From the IMG/VR virus record IMGVR_UViG_3300033273_000392, positions 32,001-96,000 of that record: a DNA stretch of 64,000 nucleotides; one strand, given 5' to 3'. A program made the position numbers and the translations under genes. Positions 28,501 to 38,530 of the stretch are shown one piece after another. Numbering within the stretch: position 1 is the first letter of the stretch; every line of letters begins with the position of its first letter. Below the pieces are notes generated by a model. That model was given only the letters and a program-made list of their open reading frames with translations, made no database searches and was not told the origin of the DNA. This DNA is from a virus.

Positions 28501-31500
28501 TTCGTTACTTGAATCTATACTAGAGTCTTCAATCGTAACAAAGCTAGCTGTATTATCTGACCTTAACAACACAGCTGAGTTCATAAGCTTATAACCAGGG
28601 AACTTTGAAATAACATATACTTCATTTCCATTCGTTATAGCTCTAAACTTATCAATGTTATTAATGCACGCAGCAATAGCTCCGGCGATTTGACCATTAG
28701 TTCCATTAGAAGAGAAATACGTACCGCTTATTCTACCAGCAGAGAGACTAGATGTTGCAACTAAAGTATCTTCTAAAATATTTACAGAACTGTAGATGTT
28801 TTCTACTTTAACAACACTAGAAGGATTGTTATTAGTAATAGTTACTAGTATATCAGATAAGCCTGCTTTCTTTTCTTTGATAACACATGTAGTAATAAAC
28901 TCTCCTTGCTCGTTTTTAATAATATCGATTTCAGCTTCTAAGAAATCACTAAATTGTTGATTTTGATTTAGACTATTAACTAGCTCTTCTAAACCAGATT
29001 CTACATCTGATGAAGAATCCCAAGATTGAGAAAATGGAGATTCAAGACCTACAAAATTTATAGTGTTTGCATTCTCGTTAGCAATATGGTTTATATAGCT
29101 TACCCTATGTGCAACTTTTTTAACTTCAGTAATTATAACCTGATCTGAGTCTCCTGGAGTTTCTTCAACTGTAAGTTTTAAGAAATCAAAGCCGTCTCCT
29201 ACATTAGTAGACAGCGCAACGCTTCTTCCTGTATCAGTAATACCCCTTAGGTCTTCAATCTGTATATGCGGATTGGCAATTTTAACATCAAATGCATTAG
29301 TATCATAGTATGCTCCGTTAGGTATGTTAATATAACCTTGTTTAGTAGTTACATATCCTAGTGCAGGTGCATTCTTAAACAACTTGTAGTCTGGTATTGC
29401 AAAGGTTTCATCGCTAGAATCCATGTATGACTCTAATTTAGAAAACTTAATTATACCTCTATTTACATTATCGACTTCACCCATACCAGAAGGTATAGCA
29501 TCTGCATAAATACCAATATAACGATTAACTGTAAACTCTTCAGCGCTAGAATCGTCAAACATAAATTCAAGATTCATTAAGTTTGCCGAAACAAGTCCGT
29601 TTCTTCTAAACCCGTCAGTAATAAAATCATTTGATTCTATTAGAGTCTTATCAGAATATACAAAGTCCTTATAGATGAACTCCCCCTTTCTAGCAAAGCC
29701 ACCTCTAGCTATATCGATACCATTGTAAAAAGTCTGTTCGTTTTTTTCAAAAGAAACAGATATACAATCGCTTGGGAAATTTGTATCGTTTACATGGCTT
29801 CTTATGTAGGAACCCAAGTTTGAGTTATCAGACAGGTCGAACGTCTTAATAAGGGTTGAATTCTTAAGAAGCAGATCTACTCTAGATAGTTTGTCTTCAT
29901 TAGAATCGGTAAGTTGAACCGAAGGTACGGGTCCATCTATTCTGTAAACCAGGAATAATTTAGGAACGTTAGTATCTAACCAAATAGGAGCAAACAACCT
30001 GAAGCTTTCATTATATCTCTTTGAAGAATTAATCTTAGCGCCATATTGATATTCATCCTCGAATTGCTTTGCATAATCACTTAACGCTGAGAAATCAGAT
30101 GAATCTCTTTTTACCGAGTAAGTCATCTCATACGGCGTCTTATTATCATTATAGAATCTAGAAATATCGTAAGAATAAGATCCGCTGGGGCTTACAGAAA
30201 AAGCTTTATATTTTGAATCTGCTAAATCTTTAGTAGCACTAATTGTTTCTAAGTAAATGTTATCACTAGAATCTACGACTAACTTTATGTTTGAAGATAG
30301 TTTAGGATTTGTTCTTAATAGGGGTTTAGATAAGTTTTCTAGTTTATAGTTCTTTTCTAAATCAAGTCTAGGCCTTAAAACATCTTCCTCTACGCCTACT
30401 TCTTCAAGAAAGTTAAATTCACGTAGTTCCTTAGGATCTGAATTAATTAACTCATAACATGGAAGAGTTCCCCATAACACAGTAGAAACACCAACTAGTC
30501 CTAAATCAGATGCTTCTGCAAATAGAATATCGTTATAATCGTATCCAACCTGAACAAGTAATTCTCTTGCAGAAGAAGGATTTGTCGCAACTAGTGTATG
30601 AATATATGTTTTTGCGCTATTAATAATCAGAGGTTCTGGTGACCACGGTTCAGAATCTACTGTATAAAAAGTAGATCCAATTCCTATTTCGGAAGTAAAT
30701 TCATATAGTTCTCCTCTGTCAGCTACTGGAGTTGAGCTAGTATGGTTTCCATAGACTATGTAAATTCTTTGACTGCCTGATATATCAGCACATGACATAA
30801 ACGCGTAAAACACTGCATTACCAGTACCATCTGCTAGAACAGGAGCATTGGACGTTGGAAGTTCGAAAACTTCATGAACAATAGGACCGGATACATTTTG
30901 ATCTGTAATATCTCCATCTGCATTTACGCCAATGTATACTGTTTCTTCTTCGCCGTAAGTTGCTATATAGTGAGTATCGTTATCTACGCCAATTGCTATA
31001 TTTTCAGTAATAGAAAATAATGCACTAGGAAGTACCGGGTGTGGATAATATATAGTAAGTCCATATTTTGCAATTTCGTCTAGTGTCCAGTTAGGTAAAC
31101 CCAAATGCTTCTGATATCTAAAAACCTGGACATCTTTATATCTAATTCGGTATTCATTAGCATCATCATATAAATCTTGTGGAAGTGTAGATACTTCAGG
31201 AGCAACTACCTTATATTGAACTTCAACAGTTCCATACCAACTTGCAGGAATAATGTAAACGTTTATCTCATAAGGATAGTTAAATTCTAAGCCTGCCTTT
31301 CTATCTCCTCTTGCTCTCCATGCTGCACCATCTTCTAAATAATCGGTATTAAACTCCCAGTATATACCTTCTCTATCAGTAAGAAATCCAGAAGCTAAAT
31401 CACTATTAATAGAGTACTCGGCGCCTACAGATGTAGTGTATATTGGTATTTGTCTTTGCGCAATTTCATAGATGGTAAGATCTTCGTCTACTTCATTTGC

Positions 31501-32892
31501 ATAAAATATAGTATAGCTAGGCGCTGGAGACCCTGGTGTAAAATAGAGCTGTATTTCAACATGATCTAGACCCCTGTAAAGGGTGTTTGACTTAATAAAC
31601 AAGCCGCTTTGTGAATCACAATTAAACGTGTTGTAAATTCCTTGTGAAAAAGAAGCCGTTTGAATATTTATAAGAAGATCTAAAATATTAGCAGTAGATC
31701 CAATAACTAAATCATAATTAGGATTTATACCTTTCCATAAAAAGCCCGGTGAATTTGTAGTAAAATCAAATATAAACTTTTGATATGGATTCGAACCATA
31801 CGCTGCATACTCAGCTCTAGTAAGCTCCCAATACTCTGGAATAACATTTGAAGGAAGGTCAATCTGACTAACAAATATTTCTTCCTGTGCAACAGCCAAT
31901 TCCTCAATAGACGTATATTCCCCAGACGATGGTATTATATAGTAAACTCTAATATTAGAATCGATATTTCCACAATACCCCTGTAATGTAGGCCCATCTT
32001 CAGAAAAATATACATCAAAAAAACCTACATCACCAGCGGGCGCTTCTATGATTGGACAAACATACTCTGTATTATCCCAACTAGAAGATGACGACAATGG
32101 ATTAGATAAAAGCCTATAAAAATCCAAAGAAGAAACGTCGCTAATATCGGAATATCTTTGTTCAGAAATATATGTACCGGAATAGGGATCAAACGGATCA
32201 AGCGGATTACTTGTTGAAACGGAATATAAAGGAAGCTGTAAGTTTACTATATCTTCTAGCGACGCGAAGGCTGACACTCCGTTTAAAAGTGGATATCTAA
32301 CACTAGTAAATGGAGCTTGAACCTTAGTAGGGTCACACAGGGTTGACGGATTTACATCGTCATCGTTAAAATACCAAAGAACATTGAATAAACCATACCC
32401 TACATTAGTACATGTCTTTTCAGCAGGACCATATATTGGTTCTTGTGTACTTAAACCTCCACCACTTCCCGGCTGAAAACCAATAATATCAAGCTCCCAT
32501 AAACCAGTGGCATAAATAGGATCAATACCCTCTGCTAGATCAGGCCTATAGCTATAAACAGTAGGAGATGAATTAGGATACGTATAATCAGCACTATTTC
32601 CAGGAGCAGGCGGAATAGCATACGGCAGTACTGGAAAACGACCCTCGGAATACCAGCCAGTCTCTAAAAGTGAACTTGAAGATGTAGATCCAGCATAAAG
32701 TGCAACATTATTATTTACAAGATATTCTAGTGTTGTAACACCATTAGGATTAGAGAAATCCGGATTATAATATGCAGTAACTTGGCCTGCGAGTGGGAAT
32801 GTGTTTAGAACCGATAGGCTCAACTCCCCGGGCAAAGTCCTAGGCTTAAACCAAAGCTGTATTGTAGCAACGTAGATTTGTAAATCTGCCAT
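25510..32892 (-). CDS. Giant virion (tail/baseplate-associated) protein, 2460 aa, with N-terminal repeat region
   Basis: Uninterrupted ORF in tail module; five divergent N-terminal repeats. Confidence 0.65.
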   Translation of the reverse strand: MADLQIYVATIQLWFKPRTLPGELSLSVLNTFPLAGQVTAYYNPDFSNPNGVTTLEYLVNNNVALYAGSTSSSSLLETGWYSEGRFPVLPYAIPPAPGNSADYTYPNSSPTVYSYRPDLAEGIDPIYATGLWELDIIGFQPGSGGGLSTQEPIYGPAEKTCTNVGYGLFNVLWYFNDDDVNPSTLCDPTKVQAPFTSVRYPLLNGVSAFASLEDIVNLQLPLYSVSTSNPLDPFDPYSGTYISEQRYSDISDVSSLDFYRLLSNPLSSSSSWDNTEYVCPIIEAPAGDVGFFDVYFSEDGPTLQGYCGNIDSNIRVYYIIPSSGEYTSIEELAVAQEEIFVSQIDLPSNVIPEYWELTRAEYAAYGSNPYQKFIFDFTTNSPGFLWKGINPNYDLVIGSTANILDLLINIQTASFSQGIYNTFNCDSQSGLFIKSNTLYRGLDHVEIQLYFTPGSPAPSYTIFYANEVDEDLTIYEIAQRQIPIYTTSVGAEYSINSDLASGFLTDREGIYWEFNTDYLEDGAAWRARGDRKAGLEFNYPYEINVYIIPASWYGTVEVQYKVVAPEVSTLPQDLYDDANEYRIRYKDVQVFRYQKHLGLPNWTLDEIAKYGLTIYYPHPVLPSALFSITENIAIGVDNDTHYIATYGEEETVYIGVNADGDITDQNVSGPIVHEVFELPTSNAPVLADGTGNAVFYAFMSCADISGSQRIYIVYGNHTSSTPVADRGELYEFTSEIGIGSTFYTVDSEPWSPEPLIINSAKTYIHTLVATNPSSARELLVQVGYDYNDILFAEASDLGLVGVSTVLWGTLPCYELINSDPKELREFNFLEEVGVEEDVLRPRLDLEKNYKLENLSKPLLRTNPKLSSNIKLVVDSSDNIYLETISATKDLADSKYKAFSVSPSGSYSYDISRFYNDNKTPYEMTYSVKRDSSDFSALSDYAKQFEDEYQYGAKINSSKRYNESFRLFAPIWLDTNVPKLFLVYRIDGPVPSVQLTDSNEDKLSRVDLLLKNSTLIKTFDLSDNSNLGSYIRSHVNDTNFPSDCISVSFEKNEQTFYNGIDIARGGFARKGEFIYKDFVYSDKTLIESNDFITDGFRRNGLVSANLMNLEFMFDDSSAEEFTVNRYIGIYADAIPSGMGEVDNVNRGIIKFSKLESYMDSSDETFAIPDYKLFKNAPALGYVTTKQGYINIPNGAYYDTNAFDVKIANPHIQIEDLRGITDTGRSVALSTNVGDGFDFLKLTVEETPGDSDQVIITEVKKVAHRVSYINHIANENANTINFVGLESPFSQSWDSSSDVESGLEELVNSLNQNQQFSDFLEAEIDIIKNEQGEFITTCVIKEKKAGLSDILVTITNNNPSSVVKVENIYSSVNILEDTLVATSSLSAGRISGTYFSSNGTNGQIAGAIAACINNIDKFRAITNGNEVYVISKFPGYKLMNSAVLLRSDNTASFVTIEDSSIDSSNELELSDLALQAYENGVFTLRGGYRNMRSAKISIDSLGAIGVGDLIQAKGGKTYAAVLDIVDDINDLTGDYKIVIFDRNIEISEGVYKVYSNFRCEMGLFSCYDFYDMDFDFYDESNSDLKELSLETIENTAYAPAGDETLLGTELLNEDYFKDSSALFANLLPVLNQETPDSQEATMIKSEFDRLNENFVNELTTNSRVVPSINKFVLEGAKTVRNNPYYLNVNEAFGRTNFAPDLEVRERDPKGFSHEWFYISDLPDYFTYLNVNKSFSYVNFIGDTKLEKNLFMSTEHDYFNIYLVGEGYNLNSVGELEEDFDDFKLFAKTQLDKKYSIFKKGSDSAFASTFFNGIKVVLKHRKESINEIPTEFIQDSSANGYRFSTVVKFNTNAESNTIRYDVIKNDVFKFVILFIEVDLNERYVDGKINRRLLYTLTNKLAIDGDSFGYDDIEISGALIFSGINFNAPGPYEIPAVTHVNGSVPSLDLQLAVLNDNLYGDIEIDYGFEDEDGNPIPYYVTVKNIKTFDTLVIDGAPKTADGVALDPTYIPYSTQLSAKYTYKQGGKNAHSNFLKALSAGRVADLINNKSPLINYTTIDKNGNQIESGFVIAFEDGKEIVKESSIISVQDTNKPSTYSLFNGTIGYNISERNPYYPFLIRHSGNYTVSMNPVLTFTDVYNHHKIERNYLNQLALLFENDLKNRLYKHSISDQAEIDRAIAYYKKYNRAGIAFNVGFISGEHDLNWAIIKNHFYHKVNEDNPTGVTKLSESSEFLPVYPLIGEIAIDKKDVNVLRSSWENDYYVRSAAGGDSTSVPGTLSTKETRSYLSSTIMKLSDSYSIFDFEYQTAGDQGELESILRNRNNESPVVFLETEDRIMIDFYVSDSIVDKFSKTGVLNEISKYVLPEFSENDKTTIEDDVERYVNNNLISVFSIDDIELFVSKRKNQASSIESVDSIDLIDNGGFIKDDEFSITKHANSAINFRLIYNKSLGYSYIIRPLIKIKK

Positions 32893-32927
32893 ATATTAAG
32901 AGGGTATTTTACTATACTTTATCTAAG

Positions 32928-32935
32928 TATATATC
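32928..32935 (-). promoter_or_regulatory. Putative late promoter GATATATA within a hairpin
   Basis: Octamer lies in 5' arm of AAGAGGG..TATACTT / AAGTATA..CCCTCTT hairpin upstream of ATG 32892. Confidence 0.6.
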
Positions 32936-32946
32936 CCTCTTGAATA

Positions 32947-35900
32947 TCACGAAGATAGCTGTGCAGCCCTAACAGAGCTTTGATTTGAACCTTCAGCTTT
33001 GTACTTTGCGAACACCTCAATGTCAAACGAGAATTGATCGTCAGAAGAATCAAAAATATCTATACCGATTCTTTTTGCGTATGTTAGGTTCGAAACATTT
33101 CTAGACATAATTCCAGCTACTCTTCCAATATCAGATGCCGGAGTATTTCCACTAAAGTCAGTCATTCTATACTGAAATACCACGTCAATTGAAACTGCAT
33201 TATTCTCTCCGTTATTAATAGACTTAACGCCAAACTTATTGTCTCCATTAACAGATAAGTAATCCGTTCTAGTTGGTGAAAGGAATAAGAATGATCCACA
33301 TGACTTACCACCTAATAGATATTGGTCATTAGCGTCAAACGACATTTTAATAGATCTTCCACCTAGTGAACTCTCAGATCTATATGCCATTTGCGTCTTT
33401 CCTCTATTTTCATTAGATTGTAGATTAGCAGTTACAGGCATGCTATAAATCATCTCATTTACTAGAGTTTGAACCTGTCCGCTCATATTAGATACTAAAA
33501 CATTATTAGTTCCTAAGTTTGAAACGTAAGAACTGTAAAGAGTACTCACATCCGGGTGATCTTTGTGTATGAACAAAGAAGTATCATATTCTTCAGCAGA
33601 AATAGCATTAGTAACATCAACAACTAAATCTGAATATGATTCACTTAAAACGTATTCACCTACAAAACCAGCAGGAAGCTGTCCGGCATCCGAAAGATCT
33701 ACAAATCTTTGTCTTCCAAACGTACCAGACCATATATATGATGACGTGCCAGCGTCTCCAGAAACAGTAAGCAAATCTGCGCTTGCTCCACCAAACGTAG
33801 AATATGATAGAGCGTGTTCGTAATCAGAGAAATCACCCGATGCTGCATCAGTATTAACCGCACTGGCATTGTATAAAGAATCTGTGTTAGATACATCCAT
33901 GAATCTAGAGTAAATAAACTGACCTCTTTTCTGAGCAGATTGATATGGAGCCTGTTGATTAAATTCTAAACTATCTTCTGAAGAAATAGTCTGATATTGT
34001 ATAGGCACTAAATCATATTTAGCCTCGGTTGTGTAATACGTGTCGTCTGCTATATTAATAGGAATAATTCCAGATGGATCAGCACCAAACCCATTAGAAT
34101 TTGAAGTAGACTTGTATGTCGGTAAGGTTCTATCTCCTGATATTCTAGCCTTTAACTCTAGTGTAGTTGCATTAGTATTTTCAAGCATTAGCTTAAACGT
34201 TTTAGTTACAATATGTCCCTTTTTAACGCTTAGCTCGGCAACCTCATCAACATAATATCCTGCAAATATTTGGTTATTGGTATTCTTGTTAATAGTGGTA
34301 AACGTACCATCTTCATTGACAAGCTTAACCATAAGCTCACCCTTAACATCATTAATCTTTTCTTGAAGAGATGCAATTTGATTTTGAAGGTCTGCTAGTT
34401 TATCAAACAATGAAATAGGATTTTGCTCAGGAGATAAGAATCCTGATGCAATAGAAGTTGCATTATGCGTATAGTACTTTTCATTAACCGTAAACGAGTC
34501 ATCAACATGAGTGTAAACGCCTCTAGAATCAAGTTCTTCTAGAAGCTCAACCTTGGCTAACTGATTTACATTAGCATCTAAAATAGAGCTTATGTCTACG
34601 GTATCTAGATCTCCGTCTGGGAAAGAAACTCTAATAACGCTTGACCAATCTGACATTTTAGGGTTTCCAGGCCACCCTGCTTCTGAAATAGATTTAACTC
34701 TAATTTCAACCATTTCACCCGACTGAATAGGAATCTCTAGTTGGTTAAAATTAACAACTTGGCCGTCTTCAACTGCAGTATCTGCCCAGAAAAACTTACC
34801 GGTACCTTTATCTCTAAGTCTAGATCTAACCGGTGTTTCTATTTGGTTCCAATTAGAAAATATACCAGTTTTTTCAGATCCGTTATCGTTAAAGTTAATC
34901 TGTGAAACTTGAGCTGCATCTCCAGCAGTAGACAAGTATCTATACTGAATGATGAACTTAATAACGTTTTGTGGAATAGTCTCCGCAACTAGTTTAGCTT
35001 CTGGAATAGACCAGAAACCCCTAATCCTATACTTAGGCGCAACTGCAACCGAGGCAGCATCTGAAGATATAGCAGAAATTTCGTTTACGATAGATGAGTA
35101 CAATTTAACCTCAGCTGCTCTTTCGTTAGAAAGCGAAGCTAATTCGTTTTTATCTCTATCTCTTTCAATTACAGACTTATACTTTTTACTCGCTAATACA
35201 GACCTCTTCTTAGATATAGTATCATCTAATTTCTTAATAGACTCTTGTGCAGATATCTTATCAGAATTCAGCTTCTTAACAGTAGACGTAGTAGAATTCT
35301 GTGTTAGATGTGTATTAATCTGAACAACCTGGAAGTTTTCTTCTAATAGAGTAGGTGCATCTGGAGCAACTCCGTAGACTGAAGGTGGAATGTTATCTTC
35401 CTTTAAAGACCTTATAAATTGTCCAAAGTCAGCTACGTTCTGCTTATAATAATCAGAAAGTCCTATTTTGTTTCCATCTTCATCAGTGTACGTAAGTTCA
35501 TTGCTGTAAATAGAAACACCAGGAGACCAGTTTTCTGCTAAAATCTTAGAATTAGGATCGATCGGCTTTAAGAAAACAACAAATCTTTCGTCAAATCCAA
35601 CATTAATTTCTACAGAAACTGAAGAATCGTTAGACTTGTAAATCGATAATGAATCAACCCCAATTTTTACAGACTCATATCCTTCTATTTTATCAAGTTC
35701 AACTTGTCTAGTTTCAGGATAGATGTTCTTAATCTTATACTTAGTGTTCTTAAGCTGGCTATTAATCATAAGCTCATCGCCAATCTTTAAGAACTCGGTC
35801 TCAGATAAATCGTTATCTGCGTTAGTATAAGTAAGCTTGTCTAATGTATATAGTTTTACGCTTTGTCTTGTGTTTTCACCTTCAACAACTACGTCTTTTT

Positions 35901-36564
35901 GTGCAGAAGTAATAGAAGTCACGTCAAATTTACCATAGTACTCGGTATTTCTATATGGCATATCGCGTACCTCTTCATCTAAAAAGAATGGTATGTTATT
36001 CACGGATAGATCCGCAACTAAGTCGTTATATGATATTGCGTCAACTCCTTTGTAGTTATCATCAAAATGTAATACAGCATTATCTACAGATCCGTCAAAT
36101 ATAATACGCTTAACAAGAACACGTTCGGTATCTGTAGGAATCTGTCCACTAACATCAAAGCTTACAGTAAGAAGTGGTGTTAGGAAGTCCTCGAAGAAGT
36201 AGTTAGGCTTTACATCAAACTCAACAGGCCTATTAACATTTGTTAAATCACTGGCTGGTGTTTTTAAGCTTGATTTTAGTATATTCTGAAAGGACCCATC
36301 TGCTAATCTAACTTTAGCAGTGCCTTTAGATAAACCTGCTAATGCCTTAAAGTTTGCATCTAACCTAGTTAACTCACGATTCATATACCCAAATGATGGG
36401 ATATAAACAGTCTTTGTATTTCCGCTTTCATCAATGATGTCTAGGGGTACAGTCTGTCTATCAGATGTGACAGCCTCATTAATGCGATCAAATGAATTGA
36501 GTGTGTTCGCATTAATCTCTAAAAACTGTTTTATGATCGTAGAAAATGAGTTATTAGTTTTCAT
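32947..36564 (-). CDS. Putative virion structural protein (1205 aa; coiled coil and FN3-like segment)
   Basis: In structural run; heptad region and VEIRVKSISEAGWP..SDWS FN3-like end. Confidence 0.6.
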   Translation of the reverse strand: MKTNNSFSTIIKQFLEINANTLNSFDRINEAVTSDRQTVPLDIIDESGNTKTVYIPSFGYMNRELTRLDANFKALAGLSKGTAKVRLADGSFQNILKSSLKTPASDLTNVNRPVEFDVKPNYFFEDFLTPLLTVSFDVSGQIPTDTERVLVKRIIFDGSVDNAVLHFDDNYKGVDAISYNDLVADLSVNNIPFFLDEEVRDMPYRNTEYYGKFDVTSITSAQKDVVVEGENTRQSVKLYTLDKLTYTNADNDLSETEFLKIGDELMINSQLKNTKYKIKNIYPETRQVELDKIEGYESVKIGVDSLSIYKSNDSSVSVEINVGFDERFVVFLKPIDPNSKILAENWSPGVSIYSNELTYTDEDGNKIGLSDYYKQNVADFGQFIRSLKEDNIPPSVYGVAPDAPTLLEENFQVVQINTHLTQNSTTSTVKKLNSDKISAQESIKKLDDTISKKRSVLASKKYKSVIERDRDKNELASLSNERAAEVKLYSSIVNEISAISSDAASVAVAPKYRIRGFWSIPEAKLVAETIPQNVIKFIIQYRYLSTAGDAAQVSQINFNDNGSEKTGIFSNWNQIETPVRSRLRDKGTGKFFWADTAVEDGQVVNFNQLEIPIQSGEMVEIRVKSISEAGWPGNPKMSDWSSVIRVSFPDGDLDTVDISSILDANVNQLAKVELLEELDSRGVYTHVDDSFTVNEKYYTHNATSIASGFLSPEQNPISLFDKLADLQNQIASLQEKINDVKGELMVKLVNEDGTFTTINKNTNNQIFAGYYVDEVAELSVKKGHIVTKTFKLMLENTNATTLELKARISGDRTLPTYKSTSNSNGFGADPSGIIPINIADDTYYTTEAKYDLVPIQYQTISSEDSLEFNQQAPYQSAQKRGQFIYSRFMDVSNTDSLYNASAVNTDAASGDFSDYEHALSYSTFGGASADLLTVSGDAGTSSYIWSGTFGRQRFVDLSDAGQLPAGFVGEYVLSESYSDLVVDVTNAISAEEYDTSLFIHKDHPDVSTLYSSYVSNLGTNNVLVSNMSGQVQTLVNEMIYSMPVTANLQSNENRGKTQMAYRSESSLGGRSIKMSFDANDQYLLGGKSCGSFLFLSPTRTDYLSVNGDNKFGVKSINNGENNAVSIDVVFQYRMTDFSGNTPASDIGRVAGIMSRNVSNLTYAKRIGIDIFDSSDDQFSFDIEVFAKYKAEGSNQSSVRAAQLSS

Positions 36565-36565
36565 G

Positions 36566-38515
36566 TTATCTTAAGATATCCACTTCAAAGGTATAATTAA
36601 TTGGGTCCATACATACTATTTCTAGGTATGGTCTAGTTGACAATAGTTCAGAAGGCGATAGTTCAGCTATAATTACATCAAAACCATTTTTAGCTCTAGT
36701 TCTTATGATGATATCATTGCCGTTCATATCTATAGTCTCAAATGAGATTTTTAGAACATGACCTTCTTTCCATTGGAATGAATTATCGTCAACATATATA
36801 TTTAGATCAGAATTAGGGTTACTTGTGAATAGATTCTGTAAACTCAGTCTATTTGTAAATGACTTTAATTGAGTCCATATACCATACTGAGTAGTTCCAG
36901 ATCCTGAGTTACCTGCATCAAATGGTTCAGACGCAGTTATCATAGAAGATCTAGAAGCATTATTAATATCCCATAGGTATGCGATATTCTTTGTGTAACC
37001 TAAAACTGAGTTGTTTACTTTAATCTTTCCAGGAACGCTCTTATCCACTTCAGTTCCCATTCCGTTGAATATAACATCAGTATTATACTGAAGCTCTACT
37101 GGAATTGTTCCATCAATAAGAGAGTTCATCTTATCATGTGCCTTTGTTATAAGCTTTAAAAGAGAATCAGAATCTTGTAACTGTATAGCTGCGTTTTCAA
37201 ACGATTGTTCTAAATCAGCAAGCCTTAATATAATTTCATCATATTCTTCACTTGCCAAAACTAATTTTTCAAGTTCCTCCATTCTGTCAGCAAGATCAGA
37301 ATATCTCTTATTAGCTCTTAAGAGCGTATCAGCCGCATTTTCTAGGATTGTACTAGTATCTAAGAACATATCCATAGAGAACGTGGTAAAGTCGTTTATA
37401 TTAGTTTCAACTCCAACATTATCTAAAGAAGTATTAAACTTTATGTTTAGCTTTAAAGAAAAAGCATTTCCGTTTAGTCCAGTTACTTCATTTGGCTTAA
37501 ACTTAATCTGTTCATGTATTCTAGATCCAGATCCAGTTGTTCCCTCGATATTATCGAGTATCATTATGCCATATAAATTAGTAGCTCTATTTTCCGGGTT
37601 TGATACACTAAATAAGTCATAGTATACTAACACTGCGTTAAATCTAAAATTGCTTCCCTTTTTTGAAAAGTCTACAAAATTAGAAACTTCTGAATCATTA
37701 ACGATTCCATGATATGACATTTCATTAAAGTCAATATGAACTGCTTCAGTATTGTTTTTATCTATATCGTAAAACGCACCACCGTCATTTCCATCTACAA
37801 GACTATTAAGATCTAAATTAGGATCTGGGTGTGTTTGTCCATCTCTTCCCTCTAGAAATTCGCCAGCATACATTCTGTTGGCGCTATTGTTATATGGCCT
37901 TTGCTTGAACAGTACGGTTGGTGTATTACCTACTGAAGAAGGTACGTTTATATAGACCTCGTGGTAAGTATTACCATTATATGCTATATCGTTCTCAGCG
38001 TCAATGCTACCTAAATATTTTACTACTCTTTCATAATTTTGCCCAGTCTGTGTAGAATCAACAGACTCTGTATAATGGTCAGCCGTTACTGATTCTGTTG
38101 AATCACTTGCTTTAAATCTAATAGCTCCTGTTTTTGCAAGCCACTTAAAAAATATCTTTTCAGCATCGCTTTGTAAAAGAACCGAATCGAAATCGTCATC
38201 TTGTAAAATTAGCTCTTCTAAGTTTAGCGCGTAGTTTTGAAGAGTCTTAGCAAACTGTACATTAGACTCTGTAATTGTAGGAGGATTGTATACTGCACCA
38301 GATGCCTCTAAAAAGTTTCCAGCAAAGTCAATCGTGTTTAATCCATTTAGAGTAGAGCTATCAGTAAAATCAGGCAAATCTAAAAGGGCATACTTAGTAA
38401 AGTCAAATTTTAAATCAGGATTATTAAAGGCACGGGTAATATCTCTTGCAGCAGATGCAAAAGCATACATAGTCCCGCCCCGAGCCTGAGGTATTCTTAT
38501 TAAAGATGTTGCCAT
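36566..38515 (-). CDS. Putative virion structural protein (649 aa)
   Basis: In structural run; central coiled coil. Confidence 0.55.
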   Translation of the reverse strand: MATSLIRIPQARGGTMYAFASAARDITRAFNNPDLKFDFTKYALLDLPDFTDSSTLNGLNTIDFAGNFLEASGAVYNPPTITESNVQFAKTLQNYALNLEELILQDDDFDSVLLQSDAEKIFFKWLAKTGAIRFKASDSTESVTADHYTESVDSTQTGQNYERVVKYLGSIDAENDIAYNGNTYHEVYINVPSSVGNTPTVLFKQRPYNNSANRMYAGEFLEGRDGQTHPDPNLDLNSLVDGNDGGAFYDIDKNNTEAVHIDFNEMSYHGIVNDSEVSNFVDFSKKGSNFRFNAVLVYYDLFSVSNPENRATNLYGIMILDNIEGTTGSGSRIHEQIKFKPNEVTGLNGNAFSLKLNIKFNTSLDNVGVETNINDFTTFSMDMFLDTSTILENAADTLLRANKRYSDLADRMEELEKLVLASEEYDEIILRLADLEQSFENAAIQLQDSDSLLKLITKAHDKMNSLIDGTIPVELQYNTDVIFNGMGTEVDKSVPGKIKVNNSVLGYTKNIAYLWDINNASRSSMITASEPFDAGNSGSGTTQYGIWTQLKSFTNRLSLQNLFTSNPNSDLNIYVDDNSFQWKEGHVLKISFETIDMNGNDIIIRTRAKNGFDVIIAELSPSELLSTRPYLEIVCMDPINYTFEVDILR

Positions 38516-38530
38516 TTAAGCCTAGTATGA

